A DNA stretch of 64,000 nt from Candidatus Daviesbacteria bacterium (GTDB lineage: Bacteria > Patescibacteriota > Microgenomatia > Daviesbacterales > UBA10151): contig JACPKP010000002.1 of assembly GCA_016186955.1 (NCBI GenBank), positions 5,566 to 69,565 on the forward strand, read 5' to 3'. Positions 1 to 9,935 of the stretch are shown here, one piece after another; positions within the stretch are counted from its first letter, which is position 1, and every line of letters begins with the position of its first letter. Below the pieces are notes generated by a model. The model had not been told where the DNA came from. It saw only the letters and a list, made by a program, of their open reading frames with translations, and did no database searches. The translations under genes and the position numbers were made by a program.

Positions 1-1734
1 TTGCCCTGCAGGTCTTCCTGGGCTTTCTTGCGCAGATCAGAGGTAAGGGAAGCTAACAGTTTTTTCTGGTCTTCAGTTGTAACAACAGTCACATCCTTGC
101 TTATCCCACCCGAAAAAGCATTGTCTGATTTAGCGCTGTAAGACGAAGTTGGTTGGTCTTTAATGGCCAGTTCGGAGCCTGCCGGCAGATTACTATCAGG
201 CCCGATTTTTACAGCTGTGACATTACCCGCCTGCTTGCCAAATGCGATACCTCCTTCAACAGCGGAAGATGAAGCAACACTAACTGATGAGTCCAAAGTA
301 AATGCCAAACCATGGGCATCCGTCAAAATTGTACCCTGTGAGAATGTTTTGGGTGCAGATGTTTTGTTATAAATTAAAATATTACCTCTGGCAGGATCCC
401 CGATCTGCTTTTTACCGGAAGCAGTCCCCTTCAAAGACCCTGTCACCGTAGTTTCAACCACCTTTCCCGGGATAGTTTTTTCTGCTTCATTAATCTGGCT
501 AAGCCCAGGGTCAGCCACCACAGTTGATTCCTTTTCCAGCACCCGTAAATCAATGAAAACCGTCACTTTACTTTTTGGTAAAAAAAGGAAGGCTGCAACA
601 ATCAGCATAAGCGCCAAAACTGGAAAAATTATGGCATATTTGGTAAAAAATAACGGTAATTTTTTTGCCGGGAAAAAAGGTAAGGCCAAATATTTTTGAA
701 TTTTTTGGAAAATAGAAGATGGGTAAATATCAACCCTGTTTGCAGGTAAATAACGCTCCCTGCCTTCTCCGGGCAAATTAAACTCCGGCCTCCGTCCATC
801 ACCAAAAGACTCCTCATCTGAGATATCCCCCACCACAAAATTTAAATCCTGCACCGGGTTTGATTTTTTCGCTTCATGCCCTTTAAGTTGGATGTCAGTT
901 GCATGAAATGACAGATGTGGATTAATCTCAGCAGCGCCGGCCAAACAGACCGACATTGAACCGGTTTCCGGTTCCAGTATCTCAATTTTCGGGAGGTGTA
1001 AAAAAGGCAACTGCGACATCCAAGGGAAAGATGAAAGCTCATCCTTGAATTTTTCAGCAGACCCGCCTGTCTGTCTGCCCTGTCTGCCATCAGGCAGGGC
1101 GTCAGGCAGTTCGTCAGATCCGGATAACTTTTGGCTGCCTGTTTGGATATTGTGGATCAAGATCTTAGAGGGAAGTACTTCAATATCTTCAAATGTTAAA
1201 AGGGCTTTTTCTATATCTTCAGGCAAATTGCCAGACCTTTTTTGTTCCTTTGTGGCAACAATTTTCCCGGCCTTGATAACACTCACTGTTAACGGATCTG
1301 CCACTTCTACCAAAACCGCCGTCAAGGGAATCCCGTGAAGTTTTTGCAGATAATGGGCAATTGCCTGTACAGTTGAAACATACGCCATAGGAGCCAAACC
1401 AAGGTCTTTAACCATCTGTTTTAATGTTTTAAGGCATTCGGGTTTTAGGCTGTCATCCACCAACCATGACTGCGGGACACCAAACAGGATTTTTTCAGGT
1501 TCAGGCTGAAAATCAGCCAAGGCTGTATCCAGGGCAAGATTAGCAGCCTGGGTTAACTTTTCACCGGAAGCATATTTTTCCGTACTTTCTGAAATAACCT
1601 GGAGCCTATTGCCTGCAATACCCCAAAGCATGGCTTCAACTCTTTCAGGACCGATATTTAAGGCGAAAAAATACTTATCTGTTGAGGGTTTTTTTGAAAA
1701 AGGCAGGAGGTTGGACAGGTTACTCAGTAAACTC
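1..1734 (-). CDS. Partial CDS (C-terminus runs off the window): FtsA/PilM-like actin-fold ATPase N-domain fused to a TM helix and a long Ser/Thr/Gly-rich extracytoplasmic domain
   Basis: Hand translation of the minus strand from the ATG at 1732-1734 gives an uninterrupted ORF to position 1 (MSLLSNLSNLLPFSKKPSTDKYFFALNIGPERVEAMLWGIAGNRLQ...). Not in the ORF track because it lacks an in-window stop. Actin-like fold motifs are followed by a hydrophobic segment LPLFFTKYAIIFPVLALMLIVAAFLFL. Confidence 0.5.
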
Positions 1735-1812
1735 ATATAGAAAATCAGCCTGCTTAAAACAAGCCTCTGGGTTTATATTAACATACTCTGCAAAAATGGT
1801 ATACTTCTTGCT

Positions 1813-3201
1813 GTGAAATCTTCTAAAGTTAGGCAAAAATATTTTGATTTTTTTACAAAAAAAGGGCACAAATTAACGCCTTCTTCCTCCATTATTCCGT
1901 CTGACCCCACCACCCTTTTTACATCCGCTGGCATGCAACCCATGATCCCCTATCTTTTGGGTGAGGCCCATCCCCAGGGCAAAAGGATAGTCAACTCCCA
2001 AAAGTGTTTCCGCTCCCAGGACATTATGGAGGTTGGAGACAACCGCCATACCACTTTTTTTGAGATGCTGGGCAACTGGTCTTTTGGGGACTATTTTAAA
2101 AAAGAGCAGCTGGGTTGGGTTTTTGAATTTTTAACAAAGGATTTAGGGCTTGATCCCAACAAGCTTTATGTGACTGCATTTGAGGGCAACGGGCAGATCC
2201 CCAAAGATAGGGAGACAGTAGAGATCTGGCAGGAGCTTTTTAAAACTGCAGGGATTGAGGCAAAATTAAATGAGAGAATTTTTCTCTACGGCGCTGCCAA
2301 AAACTGGTGGACCAGGGCGGATTCTCCGGAATCTATGCCTGAGGGTGAACCGGGCGGGCCTGACTCTGAAGTGTTTTATCTGTTTGACCAGATTACCCAT
2401 GACCCAAAGTTTGGCAAAAAGTGCCATCCGAATTGTGATTGCGGCAGGTTTTTGGAAATTGCCAACTCGGTTTTTATGCAGTACCAGAAAAAAGATAAAG
2501 GTTTTATAGAACTTCCCCAAAAAAATGTTGATTTCGGCGGGGGTCTGGAGAGGTTGGTAGCAGCTTGTCAAAACCAACCTGATATTTTCAAAATAGACCT
2601 GTTTTGGCCTATTATTGAAAAGCTTAAAGAGGATCTCCGGGTTGAATATGGTGATGGTCAAAATTCCACAGCCTCACTGAGGGTTATTGCAGACCATATC
2701 AAAGCTGCCACATTTTTAATCAAGGATGGGGTTACACCTTCCAATAAGATGCAGGGGTATGTTTTAAGAAGGTTGCTCCGCCGCTGTGCTGTAAAAATCC
2801 ATGCATTACCGCAAGGCCGTCCTGCACGAAGTGCGGACGGGAGTCTAAATGACTCCCGGGCCTGGGAGGCTAATGATATATTACCTAAACTGGTAGACCC
2901 TATCATTGATATATACCAAGAAACGGATTACTTCCAAACAGGGGATTGGGATCAGATCAGACAAACTATCGCAGAAGAACTAATTAAATTCAAGCAAACA
3001 TTAAAAAGAGGTTTGAGACAAATTAAAAAGATTGACAAAGTCACGGGCAAAAATGCATTTGATCTTTACCAAAGTTATGGCTTTCCTTTTGAACTCATCG
3101 AGGAGCTGTTTTTAGAAAAAGGGCAAAAAGTAAGCAGGGAGGAGTTTGACAAAGAGTTTAAAAAACACCAAGAGTTATCCCATCAGGGTTCTTTTTTGTA
3201 A
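1813..3201 (+). CDS. alaS: Alanyl-tRNA synthetase, catalytic/tRNA-recognition core only (462 aa, no editing or C-Ala domains)
   Basis: N-terminus KYFDFFTKKGHKLTPSSSIIPSDPTTLFTSAGMQP and later FEMLGNWSFGDYFK match class II AlaRS motifs. The stop is followed by an unrelated minus-strand gene. Confidence 0.85.
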   Translation: MKSSKVRQKYFDFFTKKGHKLTPSSSIIPSDPTTLFTSAGMQPMIPYLLGEAHPQGKRIVNSQKCFRSQDIMEVGDNRHTTFFEMLGNWSFGDYFKKEQLGWVFEFLTKDLGLDPNKLYVTAFEGNGQIPKDRETVEIWQELFKTAGIEAKLNERIFLYGAAKNWWTRADSPESMPEGEPGGPDSEVFYLFDQITHDPKFGKKCHPNCDCGRFLEIANSVFMQYQKKDKGFIELPQKNVDFGGGLERLVAACQNQPDIFKIDLFWPIIEKLKEDLRVEYGDGQNSTASLRVIADHIKAATFLIKDGVTPSNKMQGYVLRRLLRRCAVKIHALPQGRPARSADGSLNDSRAWEANDILPKLVDPIIDIYQETDYFQTGDWDQIRQTIAEELIKFKQTLKRGLRQIKKIDKVTGKNAFDLYQSYGFPFELIEELFLEKGQKVSREEFDKEFKKHQELSHQGSFL

Positions 3202-3280
3202 GGTTCTCTCATAATCACATGCCCTACAACTTTTAGTAAACTCATGCATTCTCCCAACCCTTCATCAGTCAAGAATTGTT

Positions 3281-3712
3281 TTAAAGGCCAATCCTGTACT
3301 CCCTGCCTCCCCATTCACCTAAATCAGCAAAACAATCCAATTTTGGTCTTTTTAGCGCTGGCTCAATATAGAACTTGCCAGAACCCCTATATAATTTATT
3401 GAAATATCTTGCGTAGGTATTTGGATAAATTTCTCCACGAGGAAATTTCTTCCAGATACCAAAATGAAAAACCCAAGTTTCGTTGTCTCTTTTGGGCGAA
3501 GGCACACTTTCTGTCCCCAATGCAAAAGCGCTGTCATATCTGTTATTTCTCAATACCATCCCCCAGTCTAATTTAAAAAGCCGCCAAAACTCTTGTAAGC
3601 TCCACGGGCTAGTCTTTTGCCGCCAAAACTCTGCAACAACCTTATCCCCATCCTCTTCCCTCCATTTGATTGCCCTTTCAAAAAGTTCTGTAAAAAACTC
3701 TTGTTCCCGCAT
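3281..3712 (-). CDS. Hypothetical Trp-rich protein
   Basis: 143-aa ORF with coding-like composition. No recognisable motif. Confidence 0.35.
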   Translation of the reverse strand: MREQEFFTELFERAIKWREEDGDKVVAEFWRQKTSPWSLQEFWRLFKLDWGMVLRNNRYDSAFALGTESVPSPKRDNETWVFHFGIWKKFPRGEIYPNTYARYFNKLYRGSGKFYIEPALKRPKLDCFADLGEWGGREYRIGL

Positions 3713-3755
3713 ATCTACATCGGATTATAACAATTAAATTACCAGAAACAAGAGG

Positions 3756-4034
3756 TCATATTTTCTTACGCCCTTTTGGGAGGAAGATTGTCAATAAATC
3801 TTTTATCATACCCAGGGAATTTTTAGCTAAAAATGCCAGTATCGAGGCAATAACTATTTTCGAAGGCAAATCCACCCTTCTGGCGACATACTCTGTTTCT
3901 TCCATAATCTTATCTGCTTTCTTCAGCCCCCGTTTGATGGTAAAAAAAATCGCTAAAAGGATTAAAGCAATTACTGCAAAAATTACAATCCATAAGGAAA
4001 CAAGTATGACCAGTAGCGATTCTAAAATACCCAT
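3756..4034 (-). CDS. Small membrane protein
   Basis: 92 aa with a strongly hydrophobic N-terminal helix followed by a charged helical region. Confidence 0.4.
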   Translation of the reverse strand: MGILESLLVILVSLWIVIFAVIALILLAIFFTIKRGLKKADKIMEETEYVARRVDLPSKIVIASILAFLAKNSLGMIKDLLTIFLPKGRKKI

Positions 4035-4072
4035 ATTTTTATCATAACTTTTTCTTTTTCACTTTGCACTTT

Positions 4073-4711
4073 TCACTTTCTGACAAACACTGTCCTGTCA
4101 ATTTTTGTCATCTGCCCAAATTTGCCTGTTGCAATAACAGATACTATATTCGCTGAAGATGAAAGCTTGATCTCTTCCTGAAAATGGCCCTCTTTGTCAA
4201 CACCTATCTCCTGGTTGTTAACCAAAACCTTATTATCAGGGTCGGTATTGCCCGCAACCATCACTGCGGGGATCTCAACAGATTGGCCTTCTGTTGGGCT
4301 GGTAACTGCTAAGTTAGGTGAACCGACAAACTGCCTGTACTCCAACCAAAGATAGGTAAAAAAACCTAAAATAATTAAAGTCAAAGTAAGCCACACCACC
4401 CTGGATGGGGTGATACGGAACCTGTTTTCACTAATCGGCTTGGAAAAACTCTCCAGCACTACCGGAGGATGTTTTCTGCCCTCAAAATCCCGTCTGAAAA
4501 CCGCCAGCAGTTTTGAAGCATCCAGACCAAGAAATTTGCCATAATTTTTAATAAACCCCTGTATAAAAGTTGCTGGAGGGAGCTTGGAGTAATCACTCTC
4601 CTCCAGGGCTTGTAATAGCTCTTTTCTGATCTTGGTGGTTTTCTCAACGTTTTCTAGGGTAAGCAGTTTATTTTCCCTGGTTTCTCTCAAAATCTGCCCA
4701 ACAGTTCTCAT
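4073..4711 (-). CDS. RodZ-like HTH (XRE-family) membrane protein
   Basis: N-terminal HTH LTLENVEKTTKIRKELLQALEESDYSKLPPATFIQGFIKNYGKFLGLD resembles the RodZ N-domain. A central TM helix and a C-terminal DUF4115-like region follow. Confidence 0.55.
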   Translation of the reverse strand: MRTVGQILRETRENKLLTLENVEKTTKIRKELLQALEESDYSKLPPATFIQGFIKNYGKFLGLDASKLLAVFRRDFEGRKHPPVVLESFSKPISENRFRITPSRVVWLTLTLIILGFFTYLWLEYRQFVGSPNLAVTSPTEGQSVEIPAVMVAGNTDPDNKVLVNNQEIGVDKEGHFQEEIKLSSSANIVSVIATGKFGQMTKIDRTVFVRK

Positions 4712-4774
4712 TAAAATGAATTATACCAGTTTTCACTCCTGCTCCAACACTTAAGTCTTAACTTATACAAAATA

Positions 4775-4803
4775 TTGCAATACCTATTTTTATAGGGTAT
4801 AAT
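4775..4803 (+). promoter_or_regulatory. Sigma70-like promoter (TTGCAA-17 nt-TATAAT) upstream of the 1065-aa ORF
   Basis: TTGCAA at 4775-4780, 17-nt spacer, TATAAT at 4798-4803, ATG at 4818. Confidence 0.4.
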
Positions 4804-4817
4804 CCTTTTTTGCAAAT

Positions 4818-7800
4818 ATGGACAAAGAGAAAAACACATCGTGGCATAAAATCTTCTTTTATGAATCCGAGCTGAAAAAGTCTTGGGGCATCAAACACTA
4901 TATTCAGGATTTCAAAATACCTATCTTTGATAGCTACAAACAAGCAGTCAAACTGCCAGTTGTTGACGCAGAACAACCCAATGAAAACATCCCGGAACCA
5001 AACGAAGAAATCATCAACAGAAGAAAAGAGATTACAAGGAAGATATCTGAGCAGCAGGAGATAGCCAGACAGGCAATATTTATAGCCAGATCAAAAGGTA
5101 TGCTTGATGAAGAATATACAAAACATAAAGAAGCCTTAATCAAAATTGCCCTTGAGGACCAGTTCCCAAGGATAAGAAGAGAAGCAGCGGTACAATTGAC
5201 GTTTCTTGCTAATTCCGAGTCTGATGGAGAACTCGTCAGGCATATGGCTACTTTAACCCGCAGAATTATCCGCCAAAAAGGGCAAATAGCTAAACTTAGC
5301 ACTGAACAGTCTTTGGCTGTCAGAACCAGCTGTTCTTTAAGTGATTCTTACGCCCAAAGGTCTGCAGTCCAGCTGGCAACCGCAGAGGTTTTAGATCCCA
5401 GGATCAGAAAACTGGTCTTAACAAGACTGCTGAAAGCAGGTATTTTTGACGGTTACAGTGGTGTGTCAAAGTTTATCAGTAATCACATTTTTAGAGACAG
5501 CAGAGATATCCAATGGGACAGGCTAAAACCCTTCACAACTTTATACTCCCACCCAAGCAAAGGGCTCCGCGTTTCAGCCCTTAGATCAATCGAAAAGAAA
5601 ATGGAAAATACCGGTCTTTGGCTGGCAGATGGTATCACCAGCTACCGGGATAAAACACCAAATATCCCTGAGGAAGCATTTTTACAAATACTCATCGCTT
5701 CCGAAGAAAGCGACCTACCAATCAAAAGGTTTGACTTATTATTTCAACTGGCAAATAAAAACCGGGCTATTTTAGAAGAATTAACCCTCCTTATTACATC
5801 TTTCCTGGAAGAAAAAGGTATCCGGGAAAATAATTTTTACGGCTATTCCTGGGTTTTGCGCGCACTTTTGCATAATAACCCAAAACCAGAATCATTACCT
5901 CTCCTGCTTAGCTGCCTTAAGAGATCGCTTTTTCTGTTAAAACAAACGCATGACAACCGGGATGACTGTCTTAAATTCTTAATTTCTCTATATGACCCGT
6001 CAGGGAAAAAATCTATTACAGCACGGAGAAATTACTACGGTATTGAGTGGCCATTACCAAGGGATACAAAACCACCTGCTCTTAAGATAATTAATCAAAC
6101 TTTAGACAAGCATATACTTGAGCTTGTACAAAAAATTCTGCCTAAAAAGGGTTTAAAACCTGAAAACATTGTGCAGATTAGTTCTGTTTGGGGTGGCATG
6201 GAACCTTTTTTGATCTATGTATCTAAACTAAAAAGCTGCAACTCAACATTCTACCAAGACATCATAAGCCTTATGGGTAAAGTCATAGCCCATACAGATC
6301 CTCCTACTTTCAAGGCATGGAAAAAGTGGCGTTATAACCTAAAGAATAAAAAAGTCAAAGAACAGGTTGGGTTTTTGGAAAGTGAAAGTCTAGACGCATA
6401 TGCAAATGATTATATGCTGAATGCTTCAGACATACTAAACAACAATTTACCTGAATTGATAACTAAAACCAAGGTTATTTTTGAGCAGTTTTTATCCTGC
6501 CCTGAAAAGTTTGTGCCAGAATCTGTTTCAAGTCAACTGGCATGTTTTCTGGCAGAGTATCGACCTTCAGACAGTAACTTTGAGTACATGGCAAAAATTG
6601 AAATATCGCGGAAAGAAGAATTACTCGGGGTTTTTACTAAATATATTACCTTAAAAGGTGACCTTGAACTTGCAAAACGTGCTGAAAAAAGTATTCAGGA
6701 GCTAAATGCATCGGCAGCCCAAAAAAGGGTGGCTATGGGAAAAGCCGGATTCTCTCACCTTAAAACAACCGGACAGATCCATGCTGAGATTGAAAGAATT
6801 AGGAAACGGTTGGGCGCTGAAAATGAAATTAAGGTGAAAAACCTTGCTGCAAACGGTGTTATTAAAAAATATGTACAAGCCAAAAACCATCTGGAGTATT
6901 TAAATTCCAAAAACATTCAACCATCAAGCGAAGATTTAGCTAATCTTTCATTGCTTCAAAACCAACTTATTAACACCCTGGGTAACGGGTTTGAAAATCT
7001 GCTGAGGGATTATCAAAGCATAGCTTTCTTGACTGCCAACCTGCCAAAGGATATCGACCCTCAACTGGCAAGCTTCTTAGAGAGGTATGCATTAACAAAG
7101 CCTTCGCATCAAAAAAGGATTGGGGTTGTAGAAGTTTTGATCCGGGAAAAACTCAGGGAGTTAGTTGACGATTTAGAGTATTGCTATCAAAGAAGATTTA
7201 TAAAACCCATACTGGATTCAGATGATAAAGAAGTCTACAAAACCATAAAAAATTTGAAGATACAAAAAGAGCTGTTTTCTTTGCTTGCTGCAAATCCTTC
7301 GACTTTATCTGTAGCACAGTTTACAGAAAAATTAGAGTTTGTTAAAAAACAGTTAAGTGAATTTAATGAGTTAGACGAAAAACTGGCATCTATTCAGGAA
7401 AGCCTGAGAAAAGAAAACCCCGGGCAAGATAACCACTTACTTTTTGTATTTACTGACAATCCACTGGTATGCCTCACTGTGGGAAAATATCCTGAGGGAG
7501 CTGTTTCATGCCAGAGCTACTGGCAGAGCAGTACAACTTTAGCAGCCTACCCAGCTGATGCAATGACCAAGCTATGCCTTTTGATCGACAAAAATAATCT
7601 GCCAGAAGATGTGGCCGAAAAACTGACCTGTGCAACAACCAATGAAGAAAAGTTAGAAATATTCAATAATAATACTTATGCTTTTTTAGAAGCAATGATC
7701 GCCAGAAGAGTCACTAAAATTGTCCGTGATGACCAAAGCCAGGAAGCCTGCATATTCCTTGAGCCGGTTTATACAAGCCATAATCAAACACTAATGACTA

Positions 7801-8015
7801 AACATTTGAACAAGTTTGCTTTAGGTTTTCTTAACCCTAAAACAGGTTTGAATTTGGTACGCGGCGGAGGAAATATGCAAGTTAAAGTCGCATCCAGCCG
7901 CAATCAATACCAATATGAGGATGGTGAAAAAGGTGGTCCCCAAAATGGGGGGATAGGTACTAAAGAAGGAGAATATACTATGCCTGCCCAATACTTACAA
8001 GCTATAGATTTTTGA
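4818..8015 (+). CDS. Large (1065 aa) HEAT/PBS-lyase-like repeat protein of unknown function
   Basis: Repeated motifs such as FPRIRREAAVQLTFL, AQRSAVQLATAEVLDPRIRK and LRVSALRSIEK. No catalytic motifs recognised. Confidence 0.5.
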   Translation: MDKEKNTSWHKIFFYESELKKSWGIKHYIQDFKIPIFDSYKQAVKLPVVDAEQPNENIPEPNEEIINRRKEITRKISEQQEIARQAIFIARSKGMLDEEYTKHKEALIKIALEDQFPRIRREAAVQLTFLANSESDGELVRHMATLTRRIIRQKGQIAKLSTEQSLAVRTSCSLSDSYAQRSAVQLATAEVLDPRIRKLVLTRLLKAGIFDGYSGVSKFISNHIFRDSRDIQWDRLKPFTTLYSHPSKGLRVSALRSIEKKMENTGLWLADGITSYRDKTPNIPEEAFLQILIASEESDLPIKRFDLLFQLANKNRAILEELTLLITSFLEEKGIRENNFYGYSWVLRALLHNNPKPESLPLLLSCLKRSLFLLKQTHDNRDDCLKFLISLYDPSGKKSITARRNYYGIEWPLPRDTKPPALKIINQTLDKHILELVQKILPKKGLKPENIVQISSVWGGMEPFLIYVSKLKSCNSTFYQDIISLMGKVIAHTDPPTFKAWKKWRYNLKNKKVKEQVGFLESESLDAYANDYMLNASDILNNNLPELITKTKVIFEQFLSCPEKFVPESVSSQLACFLAEYRPSDSNFEYMAKIEISRKEELLGVFTKYITLKGDLELAKRAEKSIQELNASAAQKRVAMGKAGFSHLKTTGQIHAEIERIRKRLGAENEIKVKNLAANGVIKKYVQAKNHLEYLNSKNIQPSSEDLANLSLLQNQLINTLGNGFENLLRDYQSIAFLTANLPKDIDPQLASFLERYALTKPSHQKRIGVVEVLIREKLRELVDDLEYCYQRRFIKPILDSDDKEVYKTIKNLKIQKELFSLLAANPSTLSVAQFTEKLEFVKKQLSEFNELDEKLASIQESLRKENPGQDNHLLFVFTDNPLVCLTVGKYPEGAVSCQSYWQSSTTLAAYPADAMTKLCLLIDKNNLPEDVAEKLTCATTNEEKLEIFNNNTYAFLEAMIARRVTKIVRDDQSQEACIFLEPVYTSHNQTLMTKHLNKFALGFLNPKTGLNLVRGGGNMQVKVASSRNQYQYEDGEKGGPQNGGIGTKEGEYTMPAQYLQAIDF

Positions 8016-8053
8016 CTTTAATAAATTTTTGTGTTAAAACATAGCAGATTTAC

Positions 8054-9184
8054 ATGTCTAACAAGGAATTAAATCATAATTTCCAACTTGACCCGCTGCT
8101 TTGGGATCTGAACCTGCGCATCCCCGGCCCCACCCCCTGTCCTCCCCAGGTTTTAAAAGCGATGAGCCATCCGATGGTCAATCACAGAAGCGCTAATTAT
8201 TTCATACCGCTGGCAAGAAGTATTTCACAGGATTTACAAATTTTTTTCAAAACAAAAAATGAGGTGATGGTGCCGACAAGTTCTGGCACCGGGGGAATGG
8301 AAGCTGCTGTTGTAAACCTTCTCTCCCCCGGAGACAAAGTTTTGGGTGTATCAATGGGCTATTTCGGCGACAGGCTTGCCAGGATAGCCAAAGCATTCGG
8401 TGCGGATGTCAGGTTGATGCAGGTTGAATGGGGCAAAGCAGCTGATCCTGATAGTATCAAAAAGGAGCTGAAAAAATACAGCTCAATCAAGGCAGTGCTT
8501 ATCACCCATAATGAAACGTCAACAGGCGTGACAAACGACCTTAAGGCAGTTGCAAAAGTAGCCAAGGGGTTTGACAAACTGCTGATTGTAGATGCTGTTT
8601 CAAGCATCCCGGGAATAGATATGGAGATGGACAAATGGGGTATCGATTCTGTCTGTACTGCATCACAAAAAGGCTGGATGACACCCCCTGGTTTGGCTTT
8701 CGTTGCTTTAAGCAAAACAGGCTGGAAGGCATATAAAACTTCCAAGATGAGTAAGTATTATTTCAACTTAGGGCGGTTTATTGACTATGAAAACCCGGGC
8801 AATATACCCCAAACTCCTGCTGTCTCGCTGTATTTTGCCTTAAATGTTGCACTCAAGGTTTTAAAAAAAGAGGGACATGACAATCTCATTGCCCGGCACA
8901 AAAAACTTGCCAAAAAAGTCCGCGACGGGGCTAAAAACATGGGCCTTGAGCTGGTAGCTGATGAAGCTCACGCCTCAGACACCGTCACTGCCATCTATAT
9001 CCCGGAAAAGATTGGTGCAGGACATGTGATCAGGGAATTGGAAAAAAGAAAAGTGGTGGTGGCAGGTGGTATGGGTGCACTGGCAGGGAAAATCATCCGG
9101 ATCGGGCATATGGGTTATGTAAACGATAAAGAGATAGATGAAACCTTAAAAACCTTAGAGGAATCAATTAAGAATTTTAGCTAA
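8054..9184 (+). CDS. Class V PLP-dependent aminotransferase (serine-pyruvate/alanine-glyoxylate/phosphoserine aminotransferase family)
   Basis: SSGTGGMEAAVVNLLSPGDKVL and the lysine-region SQKGWMTPPGLAFVALS match the AGXT/SGAT family. Confidence 0.75.
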   Translation: MSNKELNHNFQLDPLLWDLNLRIPGPTPCPPQVLKAMSHPMVNHRSANYFIPLARSISQDLQIFFKTKNEVMVPTSSGTGGMEAAVVNLLSPGDKVLGVSMGYFGDRLARIAKAFGADVRLMQVEWGKAADPDSIKKELKKYSSIKAVLITHNETSTGVTNDLKAVAKVAKGFDKLLIVDAVSSIPGIDMEMDKWGIDSVCTASQKGWMTPPGLAFVALSKTGWKAYKTSKMSKYYFNLGRFIDYENPGNIPQTPAVSLYFALNVALKVLKKEGHDNLIARHKKLAKKVRDGAKNMGLELVADEAHASDTVTAIYIPEKIGAGHVIRELEKRKVVVAGGMGALAGKIIRIGHMGYVNDKEIDETLKTLEESIKNFS

Positions 9185-9390
9185 ATTCTTGAAGAACGTC
9201 GCCCGGTACGTCTGCCACTCAAACTCTTGTGTGATTCAAGTCTGTCACTTCTATGTTCTCCTAATATTCGGTAATAATTAGGGATTCCGGCATCTTGCAA
9301 CTTTCCATGCATCTCTAAATCGTCATAAAATGGATATTCTTTAAAAAATAAGGTATAGACTGTATTCAAAACTGCATCTTTAAAAAGCAT
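9181..9390 (-). CDS. Small hypothetical ORF (possibly a gene fragment)
   Basis: 69-aa ORF overlapping the aminotransferase stop. Upstream, a 37-codon protein-like ORF lies in a different frame. Confidence 0.2.
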   Translation of the reverse strand: MLFKDAVLNTVYTLFFKEYPFYDDLEMHGKLQDAGIPNYYRILGEHRSDRLESHKSLSGRRTGRRSSRI

Positions 9391-9935
9391 TCTTCCACTT
9401 ATTAAATCTTTACGATTTGTTTCAACTCTTTTGTTTTGGCGTAAATCCTACCTTCTTTAGCCAATCTTTGATAATATAAACCATCATCCTTTTGTGATTC
9501 GCTGCCAAAACTCATGAGGCAATCATAAGACACGCGTCTATTAAAGTCAATAGACCCAATGTCAACTGTAACTAGTTAGTATTTCCCAGTAAACTGTCAT
9601 CCTGAGCGTAGCGAAGGATATATATTTCATTATATTCTTCGGCTTTCAGCCTCAAAAGAGGACGCCTTTTGATCCTATAACGCTTTTGATCCTATAATCA
9701 ACCAACCGCCCCTTCCCTGCTCATAGCTAGTAGCCTGTTTAACTCAACTGACTACTACCATAAAGAGTATGTGTCAACGTAACCCACCCCCCAGGTGTAT
9801 TAGCTTGGCACCCTATCTTTTTTAACAATTTTAACCACTTGAAAGGTGGCGCTGCTGGAAAAAACTGAGTTAATACAAATTACTTACTGGAGATAACTGA
9901 ATAGTTACTGTCAACTCTATAGATCTGATCTTAAT

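Noticed and set aside
2266-2906. Minus-strand ORFs (131, 82 aa) and a plus-strand ORF in another frame (2270-2509, 79 aa) inside alaS
   Set aside because: They overlap the alaS CDS with no motifs.
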